This document shows positions 16,976-28,354 of a stretch of DNA of 64,000 bases, piece by piece. The first letter of the stretch is position 1. Each line of letters begins with the position of its first letter. Under the pieces are notes generated by a model that saw only the letters and a program-made list of their open reading frames with translations, was not told where the DNA came from and did not search any database. Made by a program: the position numbers and the translations under genes. The stretch comes from Candidatus Woesearchaeota archaeon (lineage in GTDB: Archaea; Nanobdellota; Nanobdellia; Pacearchaeales; GW2011-AR1). The stretch spans positions 3,978-67,977 of the forward strand of contig CAYPDP010000001.1 of assembly GCA_964409555.1 (NCBI GenBank), in the 5' to 3' direction.

Positions 16976-19468
16976 ATGAAATTTAAATTTATTCCTGTAG
17001 ATTATGATTATTTTGATTGGAAAGGAAGAAATTATATAAGAGTTATTGGTAGAAATGAAAAAGGAAAAAGAATTTGTGTTATTGATTTTTGTCCAGTTTA
17101 TTTTTGGGTAATTTTAAAAGAAAATTTAAAAGATAAAAAAATTAATAGTTTGATTGAGAAGATAAAAAAAATAAAATTAGATCTTAAAGGGAGATATACT
17201 AAAGTTGAATGTGTTGAATTACATGAAAAACAGTTTTTGGGTAAGAAAGTAAAAGCATTGAAAGTATTTGCTACAAATTATAAGGATTTACACGATATTG
17301 CAAGTAAAATTGGAGAGAAAGAAGTAGAAAAAAGAAGAGGGTATGATTTGGGATTTATATCCCATTATATTATTGAAAAAAATTTTCTGCCTTTGCATTG
17401 GTATGAAATTTCCGGAGAAATATTAAATAATTCAGAAGATTTTGGAGGAATAGATTCTGTTTTAGATGTTGATGTTTGCATTAAATTAGATTCAATAAAA
17501 AATATTTCAGATAATAAATTAGAATTTAAGCCAAAAGTTCTTGCTTATGATATTGAAACTGACGAGTTAAAATTAGGACAGGGAGAAATATTAATGATTT
17601 CCCTTGTAGGAACTGATGGATTTAAAAAAGTTATAACTTCAAAAAAAGATTCTGATAAAATTTCAAAGAAATTAGATTATTTGGAGTATGTTGAAGATGA
17701 ATCTGAACTTTTGGAAAAATTTGTAGAGATTGTTAGAAAAGAGTCTCCTGATTTTCTTGCAGGATATTTTTCTGATGGTTTTGATTTACCATATTTAAAA
17801 GCTCGTGCAGAAAAATTCAAGGTTAGACTTTCTTTAGGATTAGATGAAACTCAACCAGTTTTTTCTAACGGAAGGGGAAATTTAACAGGAAAAATAAAAG
17901 GAATTGTTCATTTGGATATTTTTAGATTTATTAAAACAGCTTATTCTCAATATATGAATTCTGAAACTCTTTCATTAAATGATGTTTCTAAAGAATTTCT
18001 TGGAGACACAAAAAAAGATTTTAAATTTAAACATTCTTCAGAATTAGATAAAGATAATTGGATAAATTTTTATGAATATAATTTGCAGGATTCTATTTTA
18101 ACTCTTGGTTTGTTTAATAAAATTTGGCCTGACCTTTTGGAATTTACAAGAATTATGCAAGAACCTATTTTTGATGTTTCTAGAAATGGAATGTCTAAAA
18201 ATGTGGAGTCTTATATTTTACATAATTTAAAAAAGTTTAATGAGATTCCTGAAAAAAGGCCGACATATAATGAAATTTCAGAGAGAAGAAATAGAAAAAA
18301 GTATGTAGGAGCTTTTGTGTTTGAACCTAAACCTGGGCTTTATGAAAATATTGCTATGTTTGATTTTACGAGTTATTGGCCTAGTATTATTGTTAGTTTT
18401 AATTTATCTAAATCAACATTTTTAAAGAAAAAAGAAAAAAATTCAATAGAAGTAGAAATAGGGGGTGAGAAGACTTATTTTTCTAAGGAAATTGGATTTT
18501 TTTCTGCAATGCTAAAAGAAGTAATAGAGTTAAGGAAAAAATATAAACAGGAATTGAAATCTTTTAAAGGAAAAGAAAATACTTTAAAGAAAGCGAGAAG
18601 TAATGCGTTTAAACTTTTGGCGAATTCTTCTTATGGTTATCAAGGGTTTTTTGGTGCGAGATATTATTGTCCTGAAGCTTCTGCAGCAGTAACAGCTATT
18701 AGTAGAAATTTCATAAAAGATATAATTGAGAAAATAAATAAAAAAGGATATAAAACGATTTATGGTGATACAGATAGTATTGCTTTTCTTATGAATAATA
18801 AGTCTGAAAAAGAAGTTTTGAAATTTCTTAAGGAACTAAATTTAAAATTTCCAGGAGTAATGGCACTTGAATTAGAAGATTTTTATAAAAGAGGAATTTG
18901 GGTTACAACAAGGGCTGGAACAACAGGGGCTAAGAAAAAATATGCTTTGATTGATAAGAAAGGAAAATTAAAAATAAGAGGTTTTGAAACAGTTAGAAGA
19001 GATTGGTGTAAGTTGGCTAGAAAAGTTCAGAGCGAGATAATTGGTAAAATTTTGAATGAAGGGCAAGAAAAAAAATCTTTGGAATATGTTAAAAAAGTAA
19101 TTAAAAAAATAAAAAAAAGAGAGATAGAAAAAGAGGATTTAATTATTAAGACTCAATTGAAAAAGTCGCTTTCAGAGTATAAAGCAATTTCCCCACATGT
19201 TATAGCTGCTAGAAAAATGAAAGAGCAAAAAATTCCAGTAAGCCAAGGAAGTTTAGTGGAATATTATATTTCTGAAGTTCCTCCTGGTAAAAAAGTTAAA
19301 TTAGTAAGAGAAAAAGTTAAACTTCCAAATGAGCCAGGAGAATATAATATTAGTTATTATCTTAAAAATCAAATACTCCCTGCAGTTGAAAATATTTTTC
19401 AAGTTTTCGGTATAAATATTAAAGAAATTATTGAAGGAAAAAAACAAATGACTCTTGGAGATTTTTAA
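16976..19468 (+). CDS. polB: Family B DNA polymerase
   Basis: Exo motifs YDIET, FDLPY, YNLQD; polymerase motifs DFTSYWPS, KLLANSSYGY, YGDTDS, KKKYAL, RGFETVRRDW; PIP box QMTLGDF. Confidence 0.97.
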   Translation: MKFKFIPVDYDYFDWKGRNYIRVIGRNEKGKRICVIDFCPVYFWVILKENLKDKKINSLIEKIKKIKLDLKGRYTKVECVELHEKQFLGKKVKALKVFATNYKDLHDIASKIGEKEVEKRRGYDLGFISHYIIEKNFLPLHWYEISGEILNNSEDFGGIDSVLDVDVCIKLDSIKNISDNKLEFKPKVLAYDIETDELKLGQGEILMISLVGTDGFKKVITSKKDSDKISKKLDYLEYVEDESELLEKFVEIVRKESPDFLAGYFSDGFDLPYLKARAEKFKVRLSLGLDETQPVFSNGRGNLTGKIKGIVHLDIFRFIKTAYSQYMNSETLSLNDVSKEFLGDTKKDFKFKHSSELDKDNWINFYEYNLQDSILTLGLFNKIWPDLLEFTRIMQEPIFDVSRNGMSKNVESYILHNLKKFNEIPEKRPTYNEISERRNRKKYVGAFVFEPKPGLYENIAMFDFTSYWPSIIVSFNLSKSTFLKKKEKNSIEVEIGGEKTYFSKEIGFFSAMLKEVIELRKKYKQELKSFKGKENTLKKARSNAFKLLANSSYGYQGFFGARYYCPEASAAVTAISRNFIKDIIEKINKKGYKTIYGDTDSIAFLMNNKSEKEVLKFLKELNLKFPGVMALELEDFYKRGIWVTTRAGTTGAKKKYALIDKKGKLKIRGFETVRRDWCKLARKVQSEIIGKILNEGQEKKSLEYVKKVIKKIKKREIEKEDLIIKTQLKKSLSEYKAISPHVIAARKMKEQKIPVSQGSLVEYYISEVPPGKKVKLVREKVKLPNEPGEYNISYYLKNQILPAVENIFQVFGINIKEIIEGKKQMTLGDF

Positions 19469-19533
19469 TTTACAAACTTTTAAAAATTAATTTTTTTATC
19501 AAATTTTAGGCAAATGAAAAAATAGAAGATTTA

Positions 19534-20319
19534 ATGAAAAAACATGAAAAAGAATTTAAGAAATATCCTGAATTAAAAAAAAGTATTAGAAAGGTATTTG
19601 AAGAACAAGAAAAAGTTAGATTATTTTATCATCATGAATTGTTTGGACCTTTAAATGGTTTAAGAAGTTATATTGTAGAATTAAGAAAAGATAATTTACT
19701 GGAAGGAGAAAGAGATAATTATCTTAAGATGATGGAGATTGGAGTTAAAAGAGTTTCTAATTTAACAAATATTCTTTATTTAAAAGATTTTTCTCAAGAA
19801 GAATTAAATAAAAATAAAAAGATTGTAAATATTGAAGAAATGGCTTTGGGGTATGGTTCTCTTTATGACCTTTATATGCATAAGAAGAAAATAGGATTAA
19901 ATATTAGATACGATAAGATTAAATTAAATAGTAAACGTAATCCTATAGAAATTTTTACAAATTCTGAAGCAATAGAATCTATATGGGGCACTTTAATTGG
20001 AAATGCAATGTCCTGGACTTCTTCAGAATATAATATAGATCAGGGTTTTAGAATTAATCATTTTGGAGAACTTGAAATATTAATTGAGAATAAATTTCTT
20101 AATGAAAAACAAAGGTCTGCAGGAGGATTGGGAAATTTTTTTACTAAAGAAATTATTCAAGGTCTTAATGGAAGATTTGAAACATATTTTACACATAAAA
20201 TAAAACGAAATTATGATAGTCAAGATAGATTTGGGAAAAAAAATGAAAAAGATTCATTGGAATGTTCTAAAGTTTATGGAGTTAAATTGATTTTACCAGT
20301 AGGTGAATTATCAAATTAA
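19534..20319 (+). CDS. Orphan histidine-kinase-like protein (HisKA + degenerate HATPase)
   Basis: H-box HELFGPLNGL, N-box TLIGNAMSWT, G2-like GGLGNFFTKEIIQGLNG; no D/G1 box and no sensor domain. Confidence 0.7.
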   Translation: MKKHEKEFKKYPELKKSIRKVFEEQEKVRLFYHHELFGPLNGLRSYIVELRKDNLLEGERDNYLKMMEIGVKRVSNLTNILYLKDFSQEELNKNKKIVNIEEMALGYGSLYDLYMHKKKIGLNIRYDKIKLNSKRNPIEIFTNSEAIESIWGTLIGNAMSWTSSEYNIDQGFRINHFGELEILIENKFLNEKQRSAGGLGNFFTKEIIQGLNGRFETYFTHKIKRNYDSQDRFGKKNEKDSLECSKVYGVKLILPVGELSN

Positions 20320-20359
20320 TTTAAGAAAGCATTAAAAACACTTCCTTTCTTTTTATTTT

Positions 20360-21349
20360 ATGATGATTAAGCAAAGAAGATTACCTGAACTTAAACCACT
20401 TTTTTTGGAAAGAATGAATGAACTTTTTGGAAATGAAAATGATTTAAAAGAATATTTGGATATTTTAAAAAAAATTCCTGTTAAGTCAATAAGATGTAAT
20501 AAGATTAAGATTTCTCCTTTTGAACTTAAGAAAAAACTTGAAAGTAAAGGGTGGAAGATTAATCAACTTTTTAGTGAATATCCTGAAATAATGATTGTTG
20601 AAAATGAATTACAGCCAGGAGAACTTGGACGAGCGTTAGAACATTTATTAGGTTATTATTATATTCAAGAACTTGCTAGTATGCTTTCAGTTATTGCTTT
20701 AAATCCTAAGCCAAATGAATTAATTTTAGATTTATGTTCTGCTCCTGGAAGTAAGACAACTCAAATAGCTTCTGAGATGAATAATACTGGAACAATTATA
20801 GCGAATGAATTATCTTTGGGGAGAATTAAGATACTTGCATCTAATTTGGAAAGGTGTGGTGTTTCAAATACAATTATAACAAAAAAAGATGGAGTTGCTT
20901 TATGCAAAAGAATAAAAAAATATAATCCTGAGCTGAAATTTGATAAAATTCTTGTTGATGCACCTTGTTCAGGGGAAGGAACTTTGAGAAGCAGCCCTAA
21001 GACTTATTTGATGTGGAATATAAATACTGTAAAACAACTTTCTGGAATTCAAAAAAGATTAGTTGAAGCGGCTTTGGAAATATTAAAACCTGGAGGAGAA
21101 TTAATTTATTCTACATGTACTCATGCTCCTGAAGAAGATGAGGGAGTTTTAAATTATATTCTAGAAAAATATAAAGATGAAATAAAAATTCAGACTATTA
21201 ATCTTCCAAAAGAATTAAATCCAAGACAAGGAATAAAAAAATGGCAAGATAAAGAATATTTTGAAGATGTTAAATATTCTTGTAGAATCTATCCTCAAGA
21301 TTCAAATACCGAAGGATTTTTTATTGCTAAATTAAAAAAATTAAAATGA
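20360..21349 (+). CDS. RsmB/NOP2/Sun family RNA m5C methyltransferase
   Basis: YYIQE.ASM, LDLCSAPGSKTTQ, ILVDAPCSGEG, YSTCT..PEE.E, EGFFIAK. Confidence 0.95.
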   Translation: MMIKQRRLPELKPLFLERMNELFGNENDLKEYLDILKKIPVKSIRCNKIKISPFELKKKLESKGWKINQLFSEYPEIMIVENELQPGELGRALEHLLGYYYIQELASMLSVIALNPKPNELILDLCSAPGSKTTQIASEMNNTGTIIANELSLGRIKILASNLERCGVSNTIITKKDGVALCKRIKKYNPELKFDKILVDAPCSGEGTLRSSPKTYLMWNINTVKQLSGIQKRLVEAALEILKPGGELIYSTCTHAPEEDEGVLNYILEKYKDEIKIQTINLPKELNPRQGIKKWQDKEYFEDVKYSCRIYPQDSNTEGFFIAKLKKLK

Positions 21350-21837
21350 TTTATAACCAATTAAAAATATTTGATAAAAAAGAAAAGCAGAAAATTATTA
21401 ATATGCTTGATGAACAATTTGGAATAGATGATTTTTCAGGATTAATTGTTAAGAGAGGTAAAGAGAGACTTTTTTTATTTCAAGGAAATTTTAGCCCAAA
21501 AGAAATAAAAGAACTTGAAAGAACAATTCCTATTGAAAGAGTTGGAGTTTATTTTGGAAAAATTGTTTTAGGCAAAGATAATTCTGAGAAAATAAGATTA
21601 AGTATTGATGGAGTTCAAATATTTAGAGAACAAATTAAAAAAAATATTTTTGAATTAAATGATGAACAAGCTAGAGAATGGATGTTGGGAAGAGAACTGT
21701 TAATAAAAACTGGAAAAAAAGATTTTTTAATTATAAAGTATAAAGATAATTTTTTAGGATGTGGAAAAGCATCAGAAGAAAAGATAACAAATTTTATACC
21801 AAAAAATAGAAGATTAAAAGAAAAAAGTATTAATTGA
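21346..21837 (+). CDS. RsmF C-terminal/NIP7-like PUA-type protein
   Basis: ERVG.YFGK, IRLSIDG.Q, W..G, G.GK....I.NF.PK.RR; ATGA-coupled to the methyltransferase. Confidence 0.75.
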   Translation: MIYNQLKIFDKKEKQKIINMLDEQFGIDDFSGLIVKRGKERLFLFQGNFSPKEIKELERTIPIERVGVYFGKIVLGKDNSEKIRLSIDGVQIFREQIKKNIFELNDEQAREWMLGRELLIKTGKKDFLIIKYKDNFLGCGKASEEKITNFIPKNRRLKEKSIN

Positions 21838-21839
21838 TA

Positions 21840-22067
21840 TTATTTTTTGTATTTAGTTCTTTTAGATTGGATTGGAGTGTAACATTTTCTTTTAGTTTCT
21901 TTCCCACTACAACTAATACATTTTTTTAAATCAGAATTATATCTTCCACTCATTATTCTAGCTAATTTTGGATGATAATGGTGATAATCAATATATGATT
22001 GTTTCCAAGTGCACAATAGAATATTTGTTTTTCTATCTCTTCTTAATTTTTGAATTAAATTTACCAT
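21840..22067 (-). CDS. Small hypothetical protein (Cys-containing)
   Basis: 75 aa; C..C.G.....CY.P pattern. Confidence 0.55.
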   Translation of the reverse strand: MVNLIQKLRRDRKTNILLCTWKQSYIDYHHYHPKLARIMSGRYNSDLKKCISCSGKETKRKCYTPIQSKRTKYKK

Positions 22068-22134
22068 TTTAAATATTAAGAAAAGGAAATTTATATGTTT
22101 TTCTATTCTTTAGAAAAATTTAATTAAAGATATT

Positions 22135-22467
22135 TTAAAATTTGTAATATTGAGAAATATTTTTCTTTTGTTGTTTTTTCTTTTGTAGAACTCTTTTAAC
22201 TTCTTTTTCATCTTCTTTTGTCCAGTTTATTTTCTTTTCAATAATTCTTAAAAATTTTTGAATAGAAATAGAATCTTTTTTAAAACTAGATTTTAGAGAA
22301 TATTTTACTGATAAATAATCTCTCATTAATTCTGATTTTTCAGGAATAATTTTTTCAATTGATTTAAAAAGAATATTTGTATGATATTTGTATTCTCTCC
22401 AATTAGATACTGATATTCTAAAATCAAAATAAGGTTTTTTTAATACTTGATAATCTTCAAGAGACAT
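22135..22467 (-). CDS. Hypothetical protein
   Basis: 110 aa ORF filling the intergenic space. Confidence 0.55.
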   Translation of the reverse strand: MSLEDYQVLKKPYFDFRISVSNWREYKYHTNILFKSIEKIIPEKSELMRDYLSVKYSLKSSFKKDSISIQKFLRIIEKKINWTKEDEKEVKRVLQKKKQQKKNISQYYKF

Positions 22468-22537
22468 ATAAAATATAAACTGAAAGAGTATTTAATATTT
22501 TACAATAATTTATAAAATCTATTTTTTAATAAAATTT

Positions 22538-23431
22538 ATGGACAAACAAAAAATTTTACAAGCAGGAAAAATTTCTAAAAAAGTTAAAGAATTTGCAAGA
22601 TTAATTATTAAAAAAGATGTTTTATTGAAAGATATTGCAGATAAGATTGAATTAAAAATTTTTGAACTTGGAGGAAAACCAGCATTTCCAGTAAATTTAA
22701 GTATTAATGAAATTGCAGCACATTATACTCCTAGTTATGATGATGAAACTCTTGCTAAGGGTTTGTTAAAAGTAGATATTGGAGTTCATGTTGACGGGTG
22801 GGCTGCAGATACTGCTTTTTCTATTGATTTGGAAAATGATGAAGAGAATAAAAAATTAATTGAATCTTCTAAAAATGCTTTAAAAAATGCTATAAAATTA
22901 GTTAAGGAAAAAAAATATAAAACTAATTTGAAAGATATTGGAAAAACAATACAAGATACTATTGAATCTTTAGGGTTTATTTCAATAAGTAATTTATCTG
23001 GACATGAAATAAATGAGTATGATTTGCATGCTGGTTTAATTGTGCCTAATTTTGATAATGGTAATGTTAATTTTATTGGAAAAGGTATTTACGCAATAGA
23101 ACCTTTTGCAACTCTTTCTAATGGAAGTGGGAAAGTTAGAGATGGAAAACCTTCTGGAATTTATGTTGTTAGGGATATGAAAAATATAAGAAGTCCTCTT
23201 GCTAGAGAAGTTTTGAAATTAATAAAAGAAGAATACAAAACTTTTCCTTTTTGTTCAAGATGGATTGTTGAGAAAATTGGTTCAAAAGCATTAATTGGAT
23301 TAAGACAATTAGAAGAAGCTGGAATTTTACATCATTTTGATCAATTAATAGAAAGTTCTGGAAAAAAAGTTAGCCAGGCAGAAAATACTATTTTAATTTC
23401 AGATGATGAAATTATTGTTACAAGTGAATAA
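22538..23431 (+). CDS. map: Methionine aminopeptidase type II
   Basis: PAFPVNLSINEIAAHYTP, KVDIGVHVDG..ADTA, NLSGH, AIEPFAT, SQAE.TI. Confidence 0.96.
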   Translation: MDKQKILQAGKISKKVKEFARLIIKKDVLLKDIADKIELKIFELGGKPAFPVNLSINEIAAHYTPSYDDETLAKGLLKVDIGVHVDGWAADTAFSIDLENDEENKKLIESSKNALKNAIKLVKEKKYKTNLKDIGKTIQDTIESLGFISISNLSGHEINEYDLHAGLIVPNFDNGNVNFIGKGIYAIEPFATLSNGSGKVRDGKPSGIYVVRDMKNIRSPLAREVLKLIKEEYKTFPFCSRWIVEKIGSKALIGLRQLEEAGILHHFDQLIESSGKKVSQAENTILISDDEIIVTSE

Positions 23432-23442
23432 TATTAAAATTA

Positions 23443-25659
23443 TTATTCCTTATTTTTAGATTTGATATTTTTCTTCTTTTCTAAAATTTTCTTTTCATCT
23501 TTTTTAGTTTTATCATTTTTCTTCTCTTCTAATTTTATAGGTTTTCCTATTTGTTTTGAAACTTCATTTAATGCTTTATCAAAATCTTCTTTTTTAATAA
23601 TTAATTCTTCTTTTGATTCTTTTTTGTAAATTCTTTTAATAGCATTAATTCCTGCATTTCTAGTTAGAGCTTCTATATCTGCTCCTGTCCATAAATCTGT
23701 TTTTTCTACATATTCTGAAAGTTTTAAGGATTTTTCAAGAGGCATTTTTTTTGTATGAACTTTGAATATTTCTTCTCTTGATTCTTTATTTGGAACTTCT
23801 AATTCTATTATTCCATCTATTCTTCCAGGTCTTAATAATGCTGGGTCAATTAAATCTTTTCTGTTTGTTGCAGCCATAACAATTACATTTTCTAAATTTT
23901 CAATTCCATCCATTTCAGTTAATAATTGATTGACAATTTTTTCTGTAGAATCATTCATAGAGCTTCCTCTTAATTTGGATATGCTATCAAATTCATCAAA
24001 GAAAATAATTGTTGGAGAAACTTGTCTTGCTTTTTTGAATATTTCTCTTATATGTTTCTCACTTTCTCCAACCCATTTACTAACTAATTCTGGTCCTTTA
24101 ATTGAAATGAAATTTGCATTTGCTTCTGTTGCAACAGCTTTTGCTAAAAGAGTTTTTCCTGTTCCAGGAGGTCCAGAAAGTAAGATTCCTTTTGAAGGTT
24201 TTATTCCAGCTTTAATATATAAATCAGGTCTCAATAAAGGTAGTTCTACAAGCTCTCTTAATTTTTCTTTTGATTTTTTTAATCCTCCAACATCACTCCA
24301 ATGAATATCTGGTTTGTTAATTAAAACTTCACGCATTGCAGAGGGTTCTACATTTTTTGTTGCTTCAATAAAATGTTCTCTTGAAACTTTAATTTTATCT
24401 AATATTTGTGTTGGAGCTTTTTCTTGAATATTTTTTAATTCTGTAAAATATGGTTTGATTGCTTTTAGTGCTGCTTCTTTACATAAAACTTCTATATCTG
24501 CTCCAGTATAACTAATTGTTTTATTTGAAAGTTCAGTAAAATCTACATCTTTTTCAAGAGGCATCCCTCTAGTGTGGATTTTTAAAATTTCTTTTCTTCC
24601 TTTTTCATCAGGGGGATTTATTTTTAATTCTCTGTCAAATCTTCCAGGACGTCTAAGTGCAGAATCAATATCTTCTGGTCTATTTGTTGCTGCCATAACT
24701 ACTACTTGTCCACGAGATTTAAGACCATCCATTAAAGTTAATAATTGAGCTACAATTCTTTTTTCTGTTTGGTCTGTGCTTTCTCCTCTTTTTGGAGCTA
24801 TTGAATCAATTTCATCAATGAAAATTATTGATGGGGAGTTTTTGTTTGCTTTTTCAAAAATTTCTCTTATATGTTTTTCACTTTCTCCGTAATATTTTGA
24901 CATTATTTCTGGACCTGCTATAGAAAAAAATGTTGCATCTGTTTCATTTGCAACAGCTTTTGCTAAAAGAGTTTTTCCTGTTCCAGGAGGACCTGTTAAT
25001 AAAACACCTTTTGGAGCTCCAACACCTAACTTTTCAAAAACTTCTGGATGATTCATAGGTAATTCAACCATTTCACGAATTAATTCTATTTCATTTTTTA
25101 ATCCTCCAATATCTTCATAATTTACATTAGTTGCTTTTAAATCTCCTGAATAAGGTTCATCAGAAATAACTATTTTTGTTGAAGGTGTTACAATAACTTT
25201 TCTCTTAGGATCTATTTTTGAAACAACATAACTTAATCTTGTTCCAAAAACATCAATTACTATTTTTTGACCAGCATTTAATGGTTTATGTAATAATTTT
25301 GTATGAAAATATTCTGTAGGATTGTCACTAAATTTAACTTCTTGCAAAGGTGAAAGAGTTATTTTTTTTGCATCTAATACTTCAATAAATTTTATGATGA
25401 TTTTATCTCCTATTGAAGCACTTATATTTGACCTTGTAGAACCATCTAATCTTATTGAATTTTTATCCCCATTAATAGAACGCATAGCTTTTATTACATT
25501 TGAATTTTTCCCTTTAATTTCAATTATATCTCCTGATTGAATTCCTAAATAATCCATTGCCTCTGAATGAATTCTTGCTATTCCTTTATCTATATCTTCT
25601 TGCAAAGATTCTATAACTTCTAATTCAATTTCTTTTTTATTTTCTATATTTTTTGTCAT
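23443..25659 (-). CDS. cdc48: Cdc48/VAT family AAA+ ATPase (second paralog)
   Basis: N-domain plus two AAA modules, GPPGTGKT x2, [30 protein letters not shown]. Confidence 0.96.
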   Translation of the reverse strand: MTKNIENKKEIELEVIESLQEDIDKGIARIHSEAMDYLGIQSGDIIEIKGKNSNVIKAMRSINGDKNSIRLDGSTRSNISASIGDKIIIKFIEVLDAKKITLSPLQEVKFSDNPTEYFHTKLLHKPLNAGQKIVIDVFGTRLSYVVSKIDPKRKVIVTPSTKIVISDEPYSGDLKATNVNYEDIGGLKNEIELIREMVELPMNHPEVFEKLGVGAPKGVLLTGPPGTGKTLLAKAVANETDATFFSIAGPEIMSKYYGESEKHIREIFEKANKNSPSIIFIDEIDSIAPKRGESTDQTEKRIVAQLLTLMDGLKSRGQVVVMAATNRPEDIDSALRRPGRFDRELKINPPDEKGRKEILKIHTRGMPLEKDVDFTELSNKTISYTGADIEVLCKEAALKAIKPYFTELKNIQEKAPTQILDKIKVSREHFIEATKNVEPSAMREVLINKPDIHWSDVGGLKKSKEKLRELVELPLLRPDLYIKAGIKPSKGILLSGPPGTGKTLLAKAVATEANANFISIKGPELVSKWVGESEKHIREIFKKARQVSPTIIFFDEFDSISKLRGSSMNDSTEKIVNQLLTEMDGIENLENVIVMAATNRKDLIDPALLRPGRIDGIIELEVPNKESREEIFKVHTKKMPLEKSLKLSEYVEKTDLWTGADIEALTRNAGINAIKRIYKKESKEELIIKKEDFDKALNEVSKQIGKPIKLEEKKNDKTKKDEKKILEKKKNIKSKNKE

Positions 25660-26042
25660 TTTTTATCAAAAGTAATTTCTAATATACCGTTTTTTACATT
25701 ATATGAAAATTTTTTAGAGTTGATAATTTTAGGTAAGTTTTTTCTTATTAAAATTTCTTTTTTTAATTTTTGAGATAAATAATTTTGAGTATTTTCTTTA
25801 ATTATTTTTTTAGTTTTTATTTCTAATTCTCTTCCTTTAATACTAACTAAAATATCTTCTTTATCAAATCCTGGAAGTTCAAATATAAGATATATTTTAT
25901 TTCTATATTCTATAAAATCAATTAATCTATCCTCTTCTTCTCCTTGAATAATTTCTTCTTTATATTCTTCTCTTGAAGGATTTTGTCCAAAAACTTCTCT
26001 TATAATCTTTTCAAATGGGTCATTGTTATTAAAAAAGTTCAT
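25656..26042 (-). CDS. Small heat-shock protein (Hsp20/alpha-crystallin)
   Basis: IFELPGFDKEDI.V, YNVKNGILEITF. Confidence 0.88.
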   Translation of the reverse strand: MNFFNNNDPFEKIIREVFGQNPSREEYKEEIIQGEEEDRLIDFIEYRNKIYLIFELPGFDKEDILVSIKGRELEIKTKKIIKENTQNYLSQKLKKEILIRKNLPKIINSKKFSYNVKNGILEITFDKK

Positions 26043-26050
26043 TTTTTTAT

Positions 26051-28354
26051 TTATCCTAAATAACTATTCCTTAAGGGAATAGCAGCAGTTTTTGCAGTTT
26101 GAAGAAGTTTCTCCTCTATTTTTCTATAAACCTCTATAGTAGATTTATCAATACTTGGTTTTACTTTTTCAAATGCTTTTTTAAAATGCTCATTTTTTAC
26201 TTCTTGTGATTCTATATTTTCTCTTAATGCTAACATTGCAGCCTCTCTGGTTAAAGCATCTATATCTGCCCCAGTATATCCTTCTGTTTTTTTTGCCAAA
26301 TCCTTTAAATTAACATCTTTAGTTAAAGGCATTTTTTTTGTATGAACTTTTAATATTTCTAATCTTCCTTTTTCATTAGAAGCATTTACCAAAATTATCT
26401 TATCAAATCTTCCAGGTCTTAATACTGCTGGGTCGAGAAGGTCTGGTCTGTTTGTTGCCCCAATTACTAATATGTCTTTTAAATCTTCAAGTCCATCCAT
26501 TTCTGAGAGAATTTGATTTAAAACTCTTTCAGTTACTTTTGTTCCTGTTTCTTGACCTCTTCTTCCTGCAAGAGAATCAATTTCATCAAAGAAAATAATA
26601 CAGGGAGCTACCTGACGTGCTCTTTCAAATATTTTTCTAACTCCTTCTTCTGATTTTCCTACCCACATACTTAATAGGGAAGGTCCTTTTATTTGTATAA
26701 AATTAGCTTCTGATTCTTTTGCAATTGCTTTGGCTAAAAGAGTTTTCCCAGTTCCTGGCGGTCCGTAAAGTAAAATTCCTCTTGAAGGTCTTATTCCCAT
26801 TCTCGTAAAATTTTCAGAATACTTAATAGGCCATTCAACTGCTTCATTTAATTCTTGTTTAACATTATCTAAACCTCCAATAGAGTCCCATCCTACATTA
26901 GGGGTTTCAATTAAAACTTCACGCATTGCAGAAGGTCTTACAACTTTTAAAGCATTCATAAAATCTTCGTGTTTTACAACTAATTTTTCTAAGATTTCCC
27001 GAGGTATTTCTTCTTCATCTAATTTTATTTTGTTTATGTTTTTCCTTAGAACATTCATTGCAGCTTCTTTTCCTAATGCTTCTAAATCAGCACCAACAAA
27101 CCCGTGAGTTATCGAGGCTATCTTATCAAGATTTACATCTTTTAATAAAGGCATACCTCTTGTGTGTATTTTTAAGATAGATAGTCTTCCATCTTTTCTT
27201 GGGGCATTAATTGAGATTTCTCTGTCAAACCTTCCTGGTCTTCTGAGTGCAGGGTCTAAAGCGTTTACTCTATTTGTTGCTCCAATAACAATTACTTTTC
27301 CTCTGCTCTTAAGACCGTCCATCATTGTAAGAATTTGACTAACTACACGTCTTTCTACTTCTCCAGAAACATCTTCTCTTTTTGGAGCAATAGCATCTAT
27401 TTCATCAATGAAAATTATTGTAGGGGATGTTTTTTCTGCCTCTTTAAAAATGTCTCTAATTTTTTTTTCTGATTCTCCATAAAATTTTGACATTATTTCT
27501 GGTCCGTTTAAAAGAATAAAATTAGCTTCTGTTTCTGTTGCAACAGCTTTGGCTAAAAGAGTTTTACCAGTTCCAGGAGGTCCATGCAATAAAACTCCTT
27601 TTGGAGGCTCAATACCAAGTCTTTGAAATATTTCTGGATGTTTCAAAGGTATTTCTACCATTTCCCTTATTTTCTTAATTTCTTCACTTAATCCTCCAAT
27701 GTCTTCATAATTTATTTCAGGGATTTTTTCATCTTTTGTTTCAACTGCTTTTGGATTTAAAGTTACTTCTGTATTTTCAGTTATTATTACTGGTTGGTTT
27801 GGATTTGTATTTATAACTAAGAATCTTATTTGTGCGACAGTTCCTCCTAAATTTCCAAAGCCAATATTTCCTAACATATCTCTAACATTTCCAAACATGT
27901 CTCCAAATTCAGGTCCAAATTCATCTGATAATAAATCTTTTCTTCTTTGCATTCCACCTAAGACTACAACATCTCCTTTGAGAACTGCTCTTCCTAGAAG
28001 ACCTTTTCTTAAATTATCTGGGTCAGCTTGAACCATTATTCCTTTTTGTGCTGGAGCAATAATTATTTTTTTTGCTTCTTTTAATTCTGCTTTTGAAACA
28101 TTAACAACATCCCCCATACTTGTTTTTGAATTTCTTCTTAGAATTCCATCAATTCTTATAATTCCTTCTCCAATATCTGCAGGATATGCTTTATCAACTA
28201 TTGCGACAGTTTCTCTATTTCCTTTTATTGAGATAATTTCTCCTCTTCTTATTCCTAGTTCTCTCATAATTTGAGGATCTATTCTTGCTATACCTTTGTA
28301 AGCATCATCTTGATGCGCTTCAACTACATTTAATTTAATTTCTTTTTTTGTCAT
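26051..28354 (-). CDS. cdc48: Cdc48/VAT family AAA+ ATPase
   Basis: [43 protein letters not shown]. Confidence 0.97.
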   Translation of the reverse strand: MTKKEIKLNVVEAHQDDAYKGIARIDPQIMRELGIRRGEIISIKGNRETVAIVDKAYPADIGEGIIRIDGILRRNSKTSMGDVVNVSKAELKEAKKIIIAPAQKGIMVQADPDNLRKGLLGRAVLKGDVVVLGGMQRRKDLLSDEFGPEFGDMFGNVRDMLGNIGFGNLGGTVAQIRFLVINTNPNQPVIITENTEVTLNPKAVETKDEKIPEINYEDIGGLSEEIKKIREMVEIPLKHPEIFQRLGIEPPKGVLLHGPPGTGKTLLAKAVATETEANFILLNGPEIMSKFYGESEKKIRDIFKEAEKTSPTIIFIDEIDAIAPKREDVSGEVERRVVSQILTMMDGLKSRGKVIVIGATNRVNALDPALRRPGRFDREISINAPRKDGRLSILKIHTRGMPLLKDVNLDKIASITHGFVGADLEALGKEAAMNVLRKNINKIKLDEEEIPREILEKLVVKHEDFMNALKVVRPSAMREVLIETPNVGWDSIGGLDNVKQELNEAVEWPIKYSENFTRMGIRPSRGILLYGPPGTGKTLLAKAIAKESEANFIQIKGPSLLSMWVGKSEEGVRKIFERARQVAPCIIFFDEIDSLAGRRGQETGTKVTERVLNQILSEMDGLEDLKDILVIGATNRPDLLDPAVLRPGRFDKIILVNASNEKGRLEILKVHTKKMPLTKDVNLKDLAKKTEGYTGADIDALTREAAMLALRENIESQEVKNEHFKKAFEKVKPSIDKSTIEVYRKIEEKLLQTAKTAAIPLRNSYLG

